Below, piece after piece: positions 11,907-24,192 of a DNA stretch of 64,000 nt. Position 1 is the stretch's first letter; the number at the start of each line of letters is the position of its first letter. Source of the stretch: the human T2T-CHM13v2.0 reference genome, Homo sapiens; NCBI RefSeq assembly GCF_009914755.1, contig NC_060930.1; one strand, given 5' to 3'. The position numbers were made by a program, and so were the translations under genes. The notes below the pieces were generated by a model, which saw only the letters and a program-made list of their open reading frames with translations, made no database searches and was not told the origin of the DNA.

Positions 11907-13173
11907 GTAAGGAGGAGCAGAAGCTTATATGATGCTTCTCTGTGGGTCGTTGGCCAAGGGCTGGCTGTACATTGTTCCAAGAGTTCTAGCAGAGAGTGCT
12001 GCCACAGTGTTGAGAAGGGGACAGAGATACTAGGGATGCACAGTTCTGGAAGACAGTGGAATTCCAACCCTGCCAGAGTAAAGAGACTTCAATAACACCC
12101 CAGGTATTCAGTTGGGGCACCAGAATAACAACTTCCAAAATTAAGAACTCCTTACGCAGTATCATGTATAATGCCCAACATATTAATGACAAATTTTAGG
12201 TATATAAAGAAGCGGGAAATTTTGACCCATTATCAAGGAAAAAAATTGTAAATAGAAATAGACTGTGATAGGAGCCAGCTGTTATAATTAGTATACAAGA
12301 ATTTTAAAACAGCTATTACAAATATGTTTAAAGACTTAAAGGAAAATATGGTAGATAAGTATTTCAAAATAAACATATATGTCTTAAAAATACTGGTTTC
12401 CAAGCAGATAGGAAATCTCAGCAAAGAAATGAACGCTATAAAAAAGAACCAAATGAAAATTCGAGAAAAGAGAAACACAAAATCTACAATGGAAAAATTA
12501 ATTGAATGATTGGATTAGAGATGGAAGGAAAAAAATTGTCAGTGAACTCAATGACAGATCCATAGAAATTACCCAATCTGAATAACAGAGAGAAAAAAAG
12601 ATCAAAACAAATAAAACTTCAGTGACCTGTGAGATACCAAGTGGTTTAACATACATGTTATTGTGGCTCAGAAAAAGAGAAGAGTAAGAATGGAAGGAGA
12701 ACAAAAATTATCTGAAGAAAAATGGTCAAACTTTTTCCATATTCAAATGAAGAAACATCAACCTATGGAACCAAGAAACTTAGCAAGTCACATAGTAAAA
12801 AGAAAACTATGCCAAGAAAGATTATAGTCAAACTCCAGAAAAGCAAAGATAATGAAAAAATCTTAAAAGTAGAGGAGGAAATGATGCCTTACATTTGGAG
12901 AAACAACAATTATAATGATGATTGACTTCTCAGAAACAACTGAGGAAAGAAGACAATGTGATGAGATCTTTAAACCTCTGAGATGGGAGAGAGAACATTT
13001 TTATATAAATAAGTCCTGAGAAAATGTATTGCCAATAGACCTTTTATTCAATATTACAAGAAATATTGAATAAAAGTATTTAATATGAAGGGAACTTATA
13101 CCAGGTGGAAACCCAGATTTATATGAGGAATGGAAGAGCACAAAAATACATGGGAAAATATTTCAGGAAATAA

Positions 13174-13492
13174 GGCTGGGCGTGGTGTCTCACGCCTGTA
13201 ATCCCAGCACTTTGGGAGGCTGAGGCAGGCTGATTACGAGGTCAGGAGATTGAGACCATCCTGGCCAACATAGTGAAACCCCGTCTCTACTGAAAATACA
13301 AAAATTAGCTGGGTGCGGGGCGCATGCCTGTAGTCCCAGATACTCAGGAGGCTGAGGCAGGAGAACCACTTGAACGTGGGAGGTGAAGGCTGCAGTAAGC
13401 CAAGATCATGCGACTGCACTCCAGCCTGGGTGACAGAACGAGACTTTATCTCAATAAAATAAAATAAAATAAAATAAAATAAAATAAAATAA
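13174..13492 (+). mobile_element. AluS (Sc-like) with (AAAAT)n tail
   Basis: GGCTGGGCGTGGTG...GATTACGAGGTCAGGAGATTGAGACCATCCTGGCCAAC, full dimer, pentameric tail. Confidence 0.93.
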
Positions 13493-14217
13493 CTAAGGGA
13501 TTTTTAAAAATTTCTGAATTAGACAAATAACTGTTAAAGCAAAAAAGAACTATTGCAAGATGGGGCTTATAATATATGTAAAATGAATGACAGACAATTG
13601 TAGAAAAGGAGAAGATGGAAAACTACAAGATCCTTTTATTTGTGAAGTGTGAAATATGAAACATAAAGTGAACAAAATTATTAGAATGTTAAAAATTAAA
13701 GATTCTTTTTGTAATATCTCTAGCAACCATTAAAAAATAATTAAAAGAGCTAAAAAGCCAATAACAGAAATAAAATTAAATACTAGCAAGTATTTTATGA
13801 ACACGAAAGTGGCAAAAATAAAAGAAACTAACAGAAAAAAAGGGCAAATTGCAGTAAATAGCAATATGATAAACTTAAACCCAACCATATCAATAATTAC
13901 ATTAAATGTAATAGGAAGAAACCACTCTAATTAAAAGGCAGAGATTATCAGGTTAGATTATAAAGCAAAATTCAACTGTCTGCTGTCTGTAAGAAACACA
14001 TTTTAAATAGAAAGGTATAAAGAGGTTGAAAGGAAAAGGATGGAAAGACAGACCAAGAAAGTGGTAAACAGATAAAAACTAACATGCCTATATTAATATT
14101 AGACAAAGTAGACTTTGAAACAAGAAGTATTACCAAATACAAAGAAGGATAGTTCATAAAAATAAAAGGGCACATTCTATAGGAAGAAGTGCAAATGCGC
14201 ACATAAGCTATTTGTGT

Positions 14218-14857
14218 TGTAAACCAAAATAGTGTCTGAGTGAGATTTCAATCAATTTAGAGGTTTATTTTGCTGAGGTTGAGGATGCGTCCAGGATAAA
14301 GAGACATAAGCCACTGTAGGATCTGTGACACACACTTTTTCAAAAGAGAGTTTTGAGGGCATCAATATTCAAAGAGGAAAAAGCAAGCTGGAGTGGAAGA
14401 AGTTAAAAACAAGGGAGAGGATAGACAAATGAGATGAACAGTAACACTCTTTTGAGGCTTTGACTAGTGCTCACTGAATCCACATGTTGCATGTGAAAAG
14501 GAAGGAGCAGAGGAACAGTCAATTACGTATAAGCAGAGGAACAGTACTCATGCTTAGTAAATCGAACTTTATATAAGATAAAGTAAACAGGTAGAAGAAA
14601 TCAAAAATGCATTTACCTCAGGGCAGGTGGATGGACAATTTCTAGTCTCCTCTTGACCCATACCCATGAAGATAAGCTGCTAATTTACATTGCCAGGGTA
14701 AGGGAGGCCACCAGGGGAAATATATAGTCTTCTACTGTATAGCTATCTGTTTCAGAACAAAAGGAAAGGCAGTTTTTTGCTTGACTCAGTTTCCGAGATT
14801 AACTTTTCCTTTTGGCATAGTGAGTTTGAGGTCCTGAGATTTTATTTTCCTTTCACG
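14218..14857 (-). mobile_element. Solo LTR, MER4 family (MER4D/E-like, ERV1)
   Basis: Reverse complement begins GTGAAAGGAAAATAAAATCTCAGGACCTCAAACTCACTATGCCAAAAGG and ends CAAAATAAACCTCTAAATTGATTGA...TTTGGTTTACA. Confidence 0.85.
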
Positions 14858-14869
14858 ATATGGATACAT

Positions 14870-15515
14870 GTGTTTTCTCTCTTAACTCTCAATTCTTGCA
14901 CCATTCTACCCTGATTCAAGACACTTTCCTATGCTCCAGAGTCTGGAGAACTAGAATTCACATATCCCAAACTTTCTTGCATCTAGAGTCTTCTATGTGG
15001 CCTAGGATTACAACAATCAAATGTACTCATGTGAGGTTTGGAAGGCAAAAGTGAGGCAGAGGCTGTGCATCTGCTGTTTTTGCTGGTAAGCACTGTCGAA
15101 GATGTGCTTGGGGTTTTTACATCAATGTTAGTAAAAGTCTCAGGGTCTAGTAGTTATCTTGGGTGTCAACTGACAAGAAATAGGGCAACCTTTTGCTAGT
15201 CTCGAGCATAGCAAGTACTGGAGCCAGAAGATTCACCAGATTATCTGACTGTGGCGGCCTCCTTATTATACTGGCCCTTATTTGGTGGGTTGATTCTGCA
15301 GCTAAAGGGTTCCTGATCACTGGAGGGTCAGGAGTTCCCTTGGTGGCCAAGTTCTGCCATGAGCCTTTGGGACACATTTTAAAAATCTCAACAGAGTCTG
15401 TTACTTTGGCACTTCTCATGCTTTTATAAACCAATTAATGACCTGTTGTAAGTTCTTTCCTGTGTAAGACAGCTAAAAAGAGGATTCTATTCTCAGCAAC
15501 ATAATCTTAACAGAC
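14870..15515 (+). mobile_element. LTR33-like ERVL LTR (degraded)
   Basis: ACATATCCCAAACTTTCTTGCATCTAGAG...CAATCAAATGTACTCATGTGAGGTTTGGAAGGCAAAAGTGAGGCAGAGGC resembles LTR33. Confidence 0.55.
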
Positions 15516-16082
15516 AGAGCCAATCTTCTACCCACAGATATCCAATTTAGGTACAAAGTTGACTATTTGTATTAGTTAGGATGTGCTTGAAACACCATGC
15601 CTACTGTGTTCTTTAGATGAATTTCCATCATCATTTAAGACTTAGATATCTCTTCTGTGAAGGTCTCCCTGACTGTTCTTCAGGGTTACTTATAACTTCC
15701 CTCATCTATGTTTCCACCACATTTTGCCTATACCTTTTTTAGTGGATTTTTACATTGTATCATATTATATGTTATTTACAGTGTTTCATGCTATTTCTTT
15801 TCCTGTCTTTTTCCTCCACAAGCCCATGAGATTAAAGAATATCACATCCATACCTGCATGCCTATATCTAACAGAAGATGTAATATACTACACATTCCAA
15901 ATGCGTTTGTGATGAATGGATGAATGTGCAATAGAAAGCTGACAAGTACATGTACCTATTTTCAGACATATGCATTTGTGTGTGTGCTCTCTAATCCTTC
16001 GAAATTAAATATGACAAATTTTATTTTATTTTTATTTTACTAAATAATACGATGGGTTATTTGATAGATAGCCCATCTATTT

Positions 16083-16184
16083 CTTTCTTTTTAAAATTTT
16101 TTTATTTTTTATTTTTATTTTAAGTTCCAGGGAACATGTGCAGGATGTGCAGGTTTGTTACATGGGAAAATGCATGCCATGGTG
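16083..16184 (-). mobile_element. Very short 5'-truncated L1PA 3' end with 16-bp TSD
   Basis: Poly-T then TAAGTTCCAGGGAACATGTGCAGGATGTGCAGGTTTGTTACAT. TSD GATA[G/A]CCCATCTATTT at 16067-16082 and 16185-16200. Confidence 0.85.
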
Positions 16185-16309
16185 GATAACCCATCTATTT
16201 GTATTTGAGAAATAGAAATTCTTTTTGATAAAGAAAAACTACTGATATAAAATTAGAAAATATGACCCTTATACTTAGATCATCATAATCTTTACAACTA
16301 CATACACTA

Positions 16310-16470
16310 AAAATACTGAGCACTTACTCTAAGCCAGGCACCAGGCTAACATCATTGCATTTGATCCTATGGCATATCTAAGGCATCTCTCTCTACAAAC
16401 GAGAGAATTGAGGTTCAGAAGAGTTAAATAACTATCCATAGTCACACAGCTGGTAAGTGCCTGTAGCAGG
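16310..16470 (-). mobile_element. MIR SINE
   Basis: TACTGAGCACTTACT...GCCAGGCAC...GAGGTTCAGAAGAGTTAAATAACT...GTCACACAGCTGGTAAGTG. Confidence 0.7.
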
Positions 16471-18189
16471 CAATTAGGGCTCACCAGATATTTGCGTTTC
16501 TTTCCATTTCCCAGCCTCCTTTATAATAAGGTTAGGGCCCTCTCACTAGTTCTAGTCAGTGGACCAGGTGTAGAAGTGACAGGTGTCACTTCTGGGTAGA
16601 GGCAGTAAAGAGTTGGTGTGCTCCTTCCTTACTCTCTTCCCCTGTTGTTGGAAACCATGTGTTTCAGAGGGTGTAGACTACAAAATGAAAGAGACTGTAG
16701 ATTACAAAATGAAATGCATCATATGAGTGAGAGATAAACCTTTATTGTGTTAATCTACTGAAATGTTAGGGTTTATATGCTATGCCAGCGTGCTCTGTCT
16801 TATCCTGATGAATGCAGAGACTAGGTTGCCATCTAACCCATATCTGTTTAACTCCAAATATCTGAACCACTCTCTGCTGCTCATTGTTCTCTTGGAGAAA
16901 CAAGATAGATACGCAGCCATGAGAGACTGAATGACAATAGAAAATAGGGAGGAAGGGCCCACATGAGTGAGGCTGTAGAAATACATTCAAGTGCTCAACA
17001 AGGGTAGGGCTGGTGAGGAGGTATAAAGCACAGGACTGGGACCAGGGCTATACATATTGGGCAGAGAGGAGAGAAGCCAGAGCTCTGTGGTTCTCACAGA
17101 ACCTGCCTTTACTCTCCTTATCAACAGTCCAGTTTCCTGATTCCTTCCCTCTCGCTGGCCACATGACAGTGATGAGCACTCTCATAGTCACCATTTGGAA
17201 CAGAAATCCAGGAAAAAAAATGGTGCATAGACTCAGTTGCCTATTGAGAGAAGATCGTACAGGTTAGCTCTGTGTCCATCTTCAGATGTGGTGCAAGGTC
17301 ACTGCAGAAGTTTTGTCTGAAGACTCCCCCAGGCAAATAAGCTTCAGCACACACTACCCACATGTCCTCACCCTGTTCCTGGCAGGTGCATAGTTGACAA
17401 GTTAACGTCCTAAAAGATGGTTGAGCTTGTGAGAAGAAATTTCCCCTTGGAAATACCCATGTTTAGAAGGAAGGAGAATATATATTCAAAAGTAAATCTC
17501 TTGCATTGTGTAGAATTGCCGCTGTTTTGATTTCATTGTGATTAATTCATATCGTGGGCATGTTTCATAGATTTGAAGTAGCATCATTATTTATTAATAA
17601 AAGCAAACAATCACAACGGACCATAGTTTGAAATAAAGACATCTGATTTCAGGTTTCTACTATACCACTTCATAGCTTTTGATGTTGGGCTGGTTATTTA
17701 ATCTGTCAAAGATTCTATTTCCTCAACAAGGGCATGGGAATAATATCTGATGATCAAATGAATCTATTTATTTATTCATTCTACCTGCACTCATTGAGCA
17801 CCTACTACATAGTGTGAGACCGAGGAAACATAAAAAATCAATGGGAAAGAAAGCTCAAAGCAAATGTCATTTATCTCTAATATTTGCTTCCATTCTGCTT
17901 AAAGGTCCCAAATTCCTGTTCTGATCCCAAGCAATCATTTCTACAACAGCCACCCCCAGTGGCGAAATGGATGGAACACAGACCCTGCTCCTGGGCAAAC
18001 ACTTTAAAATTAGTCAGGTCATCTTTCTAAGTGGAAACCCATTGCCGTATATCTGATGACAAACCCTCAGTGATGCTGCAGTCTGGTGCCTTAGCTGCTC
18101 CATCGGACTGGAGAGCTTGAATATTAGAAATAATCCCTCAGATGCATGTGCTTCTGAGCTCATTTCTTTTAGATGAGAAGGGGATACCA

Positions 18190-18340
18190 AATGTTGCTGA
18201 GCCCCAGTTTTCTCACCCACCAAATGGAGGACATAAAAGCTCTTATCTTACAGAGTTTTTATCAGGACATGAAATTAAACATGTGATGTGCTTAGCAAGT
18301 CTCTAGTGTGTAGTAAGTGCTCAATAAATCCTTATTATTA
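18190..18340 (+). mobile_element. MIR SINE
   Basis: CTGAGCCCCAGTTTTCTCA...GTAGTAAGTGCTCAATAAAT. Confidence 0.65.
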
Positions 18341-18699
18341 TCATCATAAACCTCCACATAATACCCACATTTCAACTTGCCCTTTCATCTCAGTAAATTG
18401 CTCCATTTCCATGAATGCTTCCTCAATGCAAAGATGTTTCCTTTCCCTGAGATCTAAGTCAGAGATATGACTGGATGAGAATGTGACCAGCAGCTTCTCT
18501 TTGGCTACCAACAGGGTAACTTCTGTTTGGAAACTTTTATTCATTACAACAAGCCACCTGGTTCAAAATCAATAGTGTGAGAAAACACTCTGTAGGGAAG
18601 AAGGATTTCATGGGAAAGAGTTCATGCCACGTCATAGGCTTTGACTGTTTCTCCTCCAAATATCCAAAGGCCAATGTCCTACCCTAGGGAAAACAAATG

Positions 18700-20060
18700 G
18701 GAGGCTCTTGGCACCCAGTCTGGCTTTGCAGTATTGAAAAAAGGCATATAACTTTTCAAATTTCCCCGTAAGAGGGAATAAGAAGTGTGGAGCAGATACC
18801 TTCATAGAAAAGGTCTGAAAGAGCTTCAGAATCCCTAGCTGACTGGTAAAAATGTCTCTCCCAAAGCTATTCAGTAAATACTGGAGGAAGTAACTGCTTT
18901 TTCAAATGTGAAGACAGCAACACAAAACTTCAAGAAACACATAAAATCAAGGGAACATAACATCACCAAAGGAACACAATAATTTTCCAGTAACCAATGC
19001 CAAAGAAAGTAGATATATACAAATTGTCTGACAAATAACTCAAAACAATTGTTTTAAGGAGGATCAGCAAGCTATAAGAGAACACAGATAGACAAATAAA
19101 TGATATCAGGAAAACAGTATGTAAAGAAAACAAGAGGTTCAACAAAGAGATAGAAGTCATAAAGAACCAAATCAGGAGCTGAAGAATTCAATGAATGACA
19201 TGAAAAATAAAATAGAGAGCATCAGCTTAAGCAGAAGAAAGAATCTGTGAACTCAGAGATAAGTCATTTGAAATTATCCAGTTAGAGGAGAAAAAAAGAA
19301 AACAGAACAAAAAGAAATGAAGAAAGCCAAAGAGAAACTTCATAAAGCTACCAGCAGATTTCTCAGCAGAAACCTTGCATACCAGCAGAGGGTGGGATGA
19401 CATATTCAAGATGTGAAAGAAAAAAAACTGCCAACCAAGAATACTTTACCCAGCAAAGTAGGGGGGCACATAAAGACTTTCCCAGACAAAACTGAAGGAG
19501 CTCATCGCTGCTAGACCTGCATTACAAAAAATTCTAAAGGGAGTTGTTCAAGCTGAAATGAAAAGATGCTAATTATAACATGAAAGCATTTGAAAGTGTA
19601 AAACTTACGGTTAAGGATAAGTATATAGTAAAATTCAGAATACTCTATAACTGTAATGATAGTACATAAGACTTGTAACTCTAGTTTAAAGGTTAAAAGG
19701 AAAAAGCATTAAAAATAACTATAGCTATAATAACTTGTAAGATGCACAATATAAAAAGATGTCAATTGTGACATCAAAAACGTCAAATGGGGGAGTAAAA
19801 CAGTTAAGTTTTTGTATGTGATCAAAGTTAAGTTGTTATCAGCTTAAAATAGACTGTTACAACTACAATATGTTTTATGTAAGCTGCATAGTAACCACCT
19901 ATAAACAAAAACCTATAGTAGATACACAAACTATAAAGAGAAATGAATCAAAGCATACCACTACAGAAAGTCATTAAAACACAAAAGAAGACAGCAATAG
20001 AGGAAGAAAGGAGCAAAGGAACTATAAAACAGCCAGATAGCGATTAACAAAATGGCAAAA
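18700..20060 (+). mobile_element. Old L1M (L1MA/MB-type) ORF1 region with an internal deletion, ending near the ORF2 start
   Basis: ORF1 remnants (AAATTGTCTGACAAATAACTCAAAACAATTG; CAGCAGATTTCTCAGCAGAAACCTTGCA; AACTGCCAACCAAGAATACTTTACCCAGCAAAG), then an inter-ORF segment to AACAAAATGGCA. Confidence 0.8.
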
Positions 20061-21699
20061 TTACAAATCCTAATATTTGTCAAGAGCTCTTCCAAGATAA
20101 AGGGGTTTTACAGAGTTTGATTCAAGAAGAGACTTTATAATACTGTACAGACAGCCATGTATCTAAATCCTGAAAGCCCAGGAGTCTGTGTGACTCAACA
20201 GAGAAGGATAACCCCTTCAAGATATGCTGGGAAAGTTACCATTTTGCTAACTCCTCAAGGCAGTGTCTCCAGGAGCATCTAATGGGACTACTTTAAGTCT
20301 CTTGTGTGTGTATGTGTGTCACTAGAAGCTCTTACTTTGGGGACCCCAACATGTATCATATCAAATTTATTAAAATGTACTTACATGCTACAATCAATAT
20401 AAGTTTTGCTACTAAGAAAAGTCCAGGTGGCATCCCTCATAGTAGGGACAGGATATATTATTTAGGCAATGGTGGGAGAAAACAAGTTTACTTTATAGGG
20501 AAAAATTAAGGTAGATCCCACCACATCTATGGCCACTCTGTTCCCTTTTCTGCCTCTGCCTGAACTTGGTCATGGGCTTCTTGTCTGGCCCACTTGCTCC
20601 AACTGTATCATTGACACCAAAATGTCCCTCAGGGTATTGAACTTAACTTAACATTCCTGGTTTGAGGTTTTTGATGGGTCTTTAAACAGAGAGAGTGCTT
20701 TTAATTAAATCATGTTTATAATTAGTGGAGCACATGAACTCAGTCATCGGTTTCAGCGTTTGCCAACTGCTGAGTTATTCACAGTTGAAAGCTGGCCTGC
20801 GCACATGCACAACCACAGCTTTTGAAGGAGCTCTGGGCCCTGCTCACTTTGTTTGAAAAGGGTACACACCAGGATTAATTTCCACCCTGGCCAACAGCTA
20901 GGAAATATCCCAATTCTAGTTTTGAAAGTGACTGACGAATCACAGCCCCAGCTCACTCAGTGGCAAGTGCCAAACTGACCTAAACCTGGGATGGAGGTGG
21001 GGCAGGGAGAGCTGACCATGAAATCTTGTCTATCCTCATGTGCTTCCATGGACATTTCTGGTTCACATTCCCAGCAGTTTTTATGAAGTGTGAATCCCAA
21101 TGGCTCCACAGAATCTGCTAGCATGATTATGACTCATTTAAGGAAAGAAAAATGGAAGTAGAGAGAAAGTCAGTGAGTCTGCAAAGCTCACCAGGGGCAG
21201 AGGCCAGTGGACAGGCAGGTCCAACATGTCTGCTTGCCCAGGGCTTTGGGTTCAGAGAAGCCCTGAGAAGCCCATACTTGTATAAAAGGGCTCCAAGGAC
21301 CACTCTAAGCTGTGAGCTTTGTGATGGGCATTAGCCTTCAGAATGGGGAGAAGCAATGTGAGGGTGTGATGTGAGGCTCTCTTAACCAGAGATCCAACAG
21401 GAGAATGTCTCATCCAAATAGTCAGCTGGAGCATTAGGCCTTTGATAGGTAGGGAGCTGGGCAGGGAAAAGGGATACTGACCAAAGGGGAAGGAGGCTAG
21501 AAGAGGCAGAAGACTTTCACAGAGTCATGATGATCTGACTTATAATCTGACTTGTAACTGTCCAGATGCTGACAAGTCCCATAGGAAATAAGTATTACAT
21601 TCCTCTGCCTTATTCTTCCTCCTTGTTAAATGGGCAAATAAAGTCTGAAACTTTTAACATGACCAGCAGTCGCTGGATGATTCGGCTTCTGCCTAATAC

Positions 21700-22600
21700 T
21701 TAATGTAATACTTCATTAATACAAAATAATCTATTCGATATCCATGTGGGTTGTAAAACATAACTATAAGAGGAACATCTGTGAACTCATCACTCAGCAT
21801 AAGAATCACTAACCAGACTGTTGCCAATACCTTTGAAATCACCTATATGTTTCCTCCTGAATGACTGGCATATGAGAAGCAAAATCCTCAAATTTGCATT
21901 TATTGTTGCTGCTATTAACCGCGGTGAAGTTATGTAACTTTAAGCAATACACTGCTTAGTTTTGCCTGTTTGGGGGCTTTATAAAAAATAGTACCATAGT
22001 GAATGCAACTTTCTCTGACAGACTTTTTATACTCAGAATTTTTTCCAAGATTCATCTAGTGTGTTGCTTGTTGCTAGAGTTCATTCATATTGCTAGCTAT
22101 TTAATATGCCATTGTGTGTGAATACAACACGTTTATTTACCCAGTCCCAATAATGAACATTAGGGTTGTTTCCAGGTTTTTGCTTTTACAAATAAAACTT
22201 TCAGGACATACTTGTACCTGTTTTCCAGTGCACATGGGCAAAAGTGTCTCTACGATTCACATATACATACCCTAGAAGTAGAACTGATGGGTTGAAGAGG
22301 ATATTTATCATGTCCTCAAATTTACAAGATAATGCCAAATTGTTTCCCAAAGTGACTGTACCAATTATACTCTCAACTATAGAGTATTTAAATCTTCTCC
22401 AAGACTTGGTATTTTCAGATGTATTGATTTTTGATAATACAGTTCATCAAAATGTATCTCATAAGTTCTTTGTTTACTTTTCCTTGATTATAAATGAGGT
22501 GGCCATATTTTATATGTTTATTTATCATTCATATTTCCTTTCCTATGAAATACACTTTTATGGCTTATTACTATTTTTCTACTGGTTGTTTGCTTTGTTT
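21700..22600 (-). mobile_element. Old L1ME-type 3' region
   Basis: Antisense L1M motifs: AGATTCATC...GTTGCTTG, GAACATTAGGGTTGTTTCCAGGTTTTTGC, ATACCTAGAAGTAGAACTGATGGGT, ATAATGCCAAATTGTTTCCCAAAGTG. Confidence 0.75.
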
Positions 22601-23284
22601 AGGAAGAAGATTTTCAAACATATGGTAAAGTTGAAAGAATTTTATTGTGAACACTGTATATCAACTATTAAAAGTTTATTATACTTATTTTATCAGAATA
22701 TATCAATGTATCGATCCCTTTATCTGTCAGTCTGTCCTATTTTTTGGTGCATTTCAGTAGATTGCACACATCTGCACCCTGCCCTCAAACCACAGCAGCA
22801 CACCTACTGTTTAAATTCAGGGGTTAACAGAGAGAAATAAATATTCACAAGCCCCTCCCAGTTGTCAAACCTTGTTAGCCAGCTTAATCCTTACCACAAC
22901 CCGACAAAGAACACATTATCAAACAGAGCAGGCTCCATCACAAGTTTCCTTCAGTCAACAATTGGTACTAGCAGAGAGCTGTGAGTCCCCACCCTGTCTA
23001 GGCCTCATTGCTTGAATTTACACTGAGGTAAATTAATACTTTAATGAAGAACCTACTTTGCAGCATAAAATGTCCCTGGGTGAGTGATTGTTGAATAGTT
23101 TCCCGTTCTTCACACCTTGGATTTTTATTAGCTTCTTCCTCTCAGCCAGTAAGTTGAGACAACACTGAAGGAATGAGCCTGTTGATGGAACCCAGGACTT
23201 ACACAGAGGTGCTGAACCAAGGGATGACAAGCATGACAGGGCCCAGAAGAGCCCCCAAACCCCAAGGGTAATGAAAGTCTCCAG

Positions 23285-23530
23285 CACTTAGTGAGCACTT
23301 GTGGGTGGCAGACACTATCCTTAGCATTCTGCTCACTTTTTTGTCACATAATCCTCACAGCAGCTCTTTGCAGTAGATTCTAGTACTGTCTTTGCATTGC
23401 AGATGAAAAAAATGGACCCTGAAATAAATAGCTCGCTCAAGATCACTCAGTTTTCAAGTGGCAAAGGCAGGGTTCATACTGCTGTCTGGATAGCTCCAAA
23501 GCCCAAGGTCGTACGGCCACACTAACCTGC
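23285..23530 (-). mobile_element. MIR SINE
   Basis: AGCACTTAGTGAGCACTT...AATCCTCACAGCAGC...CATTGCAGATGA...AAGTGGCAAAGGCAGGGTTC. Confidence 0.7.
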
Positions 23531-23576
23531 TGGGGAGGGCATCGGGAGCTGCAGGGAGAGAGTGCAGTGAGGACGT

Positions 23577-24192
23577 GGAAAGCATCTATCTCAGAGGTCA
23601 ACTTCAGCTAGGCCCAGCTGAGTGGGGGCCGTGCTTGCATGGAAACCATCTGTATTAATCTGTTCTCACACTGCTATAAAGCTACTACCTGAGAATGGAT
23701 AATTTATAAACAAAGGAGGCTTAATTGACTCACAGTTCTGCATCCTGGGGACGGCTCAGGAAACTTACAATCGTGGTGGAAGGCAAAAGAGAAGCAAGTA
23801 CTTTCTTCACAAGGCAGCAGGAAAGACAGAGAGGGAAAGAAAGGAACTACCAAACGCTTATAAAACCATCAGATCTTGTGAGAACTCACTCACTATCATG
23901 AGAATAGCACGGAGGAAACCGCCTCCATGATTCAGTCACCTCCCTCCAGTTCCCTCCCTCAACACCTGGGGATTACAATTTGAGATGAGATTCAGGTGGG
24001 GACATAAAGCCAAACCATACCACCATCTATCTCACAGGTCAACTTCAGCTAGGCCTAGGCTGAGCGAGGGCTGTGCCTGTGTGGAAAGCATCTATTTCAT
24101 AGGTCAGCTTCAGCTAGGCCTGGGCTGAGCGAGGGCTGTTCCTGTGTGGAAAGCATCTATTTTACAGGTCAGCTTCAGCTAGGCCTGGGCTG
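23577..24192. repeat. 64-65-bp tandem array (about 3.7 units) split by a THE1 LTR
   Basis: Unit approximately GGAAAGCATCTATYTCAYAGGTCARCTTCAGCTAGGCCTGGGCTGAGCGAGGGCTGTKCCTGTGT, starting at 23577, 23641 (split), 24083 and 24148 (partial). Confidence 0.9.
23651..24022 (-). mobile_element. THE1D-like MaLR solo LTR
   Basis: TGTATTAATCTGTTCTCACACTGCTATAAAG...CCAAACCATACCA. 5-bp TSD CCATC at 23646-23650 and 24023-24027. Confidence 0.92.

Larger units (their letters stand above)
10060..14210 (+). mobile_element. Old L1M (L1MD/ME-type): 5'UTR, degraded ORF1 and start of ORF2, interrupted by the SVA and an AluS
   Basis: L1M-like 5' end (ACTTCCACTTTTGGCCAGATCGGAGTAACTG). ORF1 remnants (PRKIIVKLQKSKDNEKILK). 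ORF2 endonuclease-region remnants (ACATTAAATGTAA...AAAGGCAGAGATTATCAG...TGCTGTCT...AAGAAACAC). Confidence 0.8.

Noticed and set aside
21209-21240. Possible p53/p63 response element (CAGG...CATG...CTTG cores)
   Set aside because: Core spacings are 9 and 8 bp rather than the canonical 10; only isolated half-sites.
22244-22840. 198-aa hydrophobic ORF
   Set aside because: Largely the antisense strand of a degraded L1M; T-rich composition explains the hydrophobicity.
23577-24192. Repeat-insert-repeat layout superficially like a CRISPR array
   Set aside because: Units are contiguous with no unique spacers, the single insert is a THE1 LTR with a TSD, and the context is primate with no cas genes.
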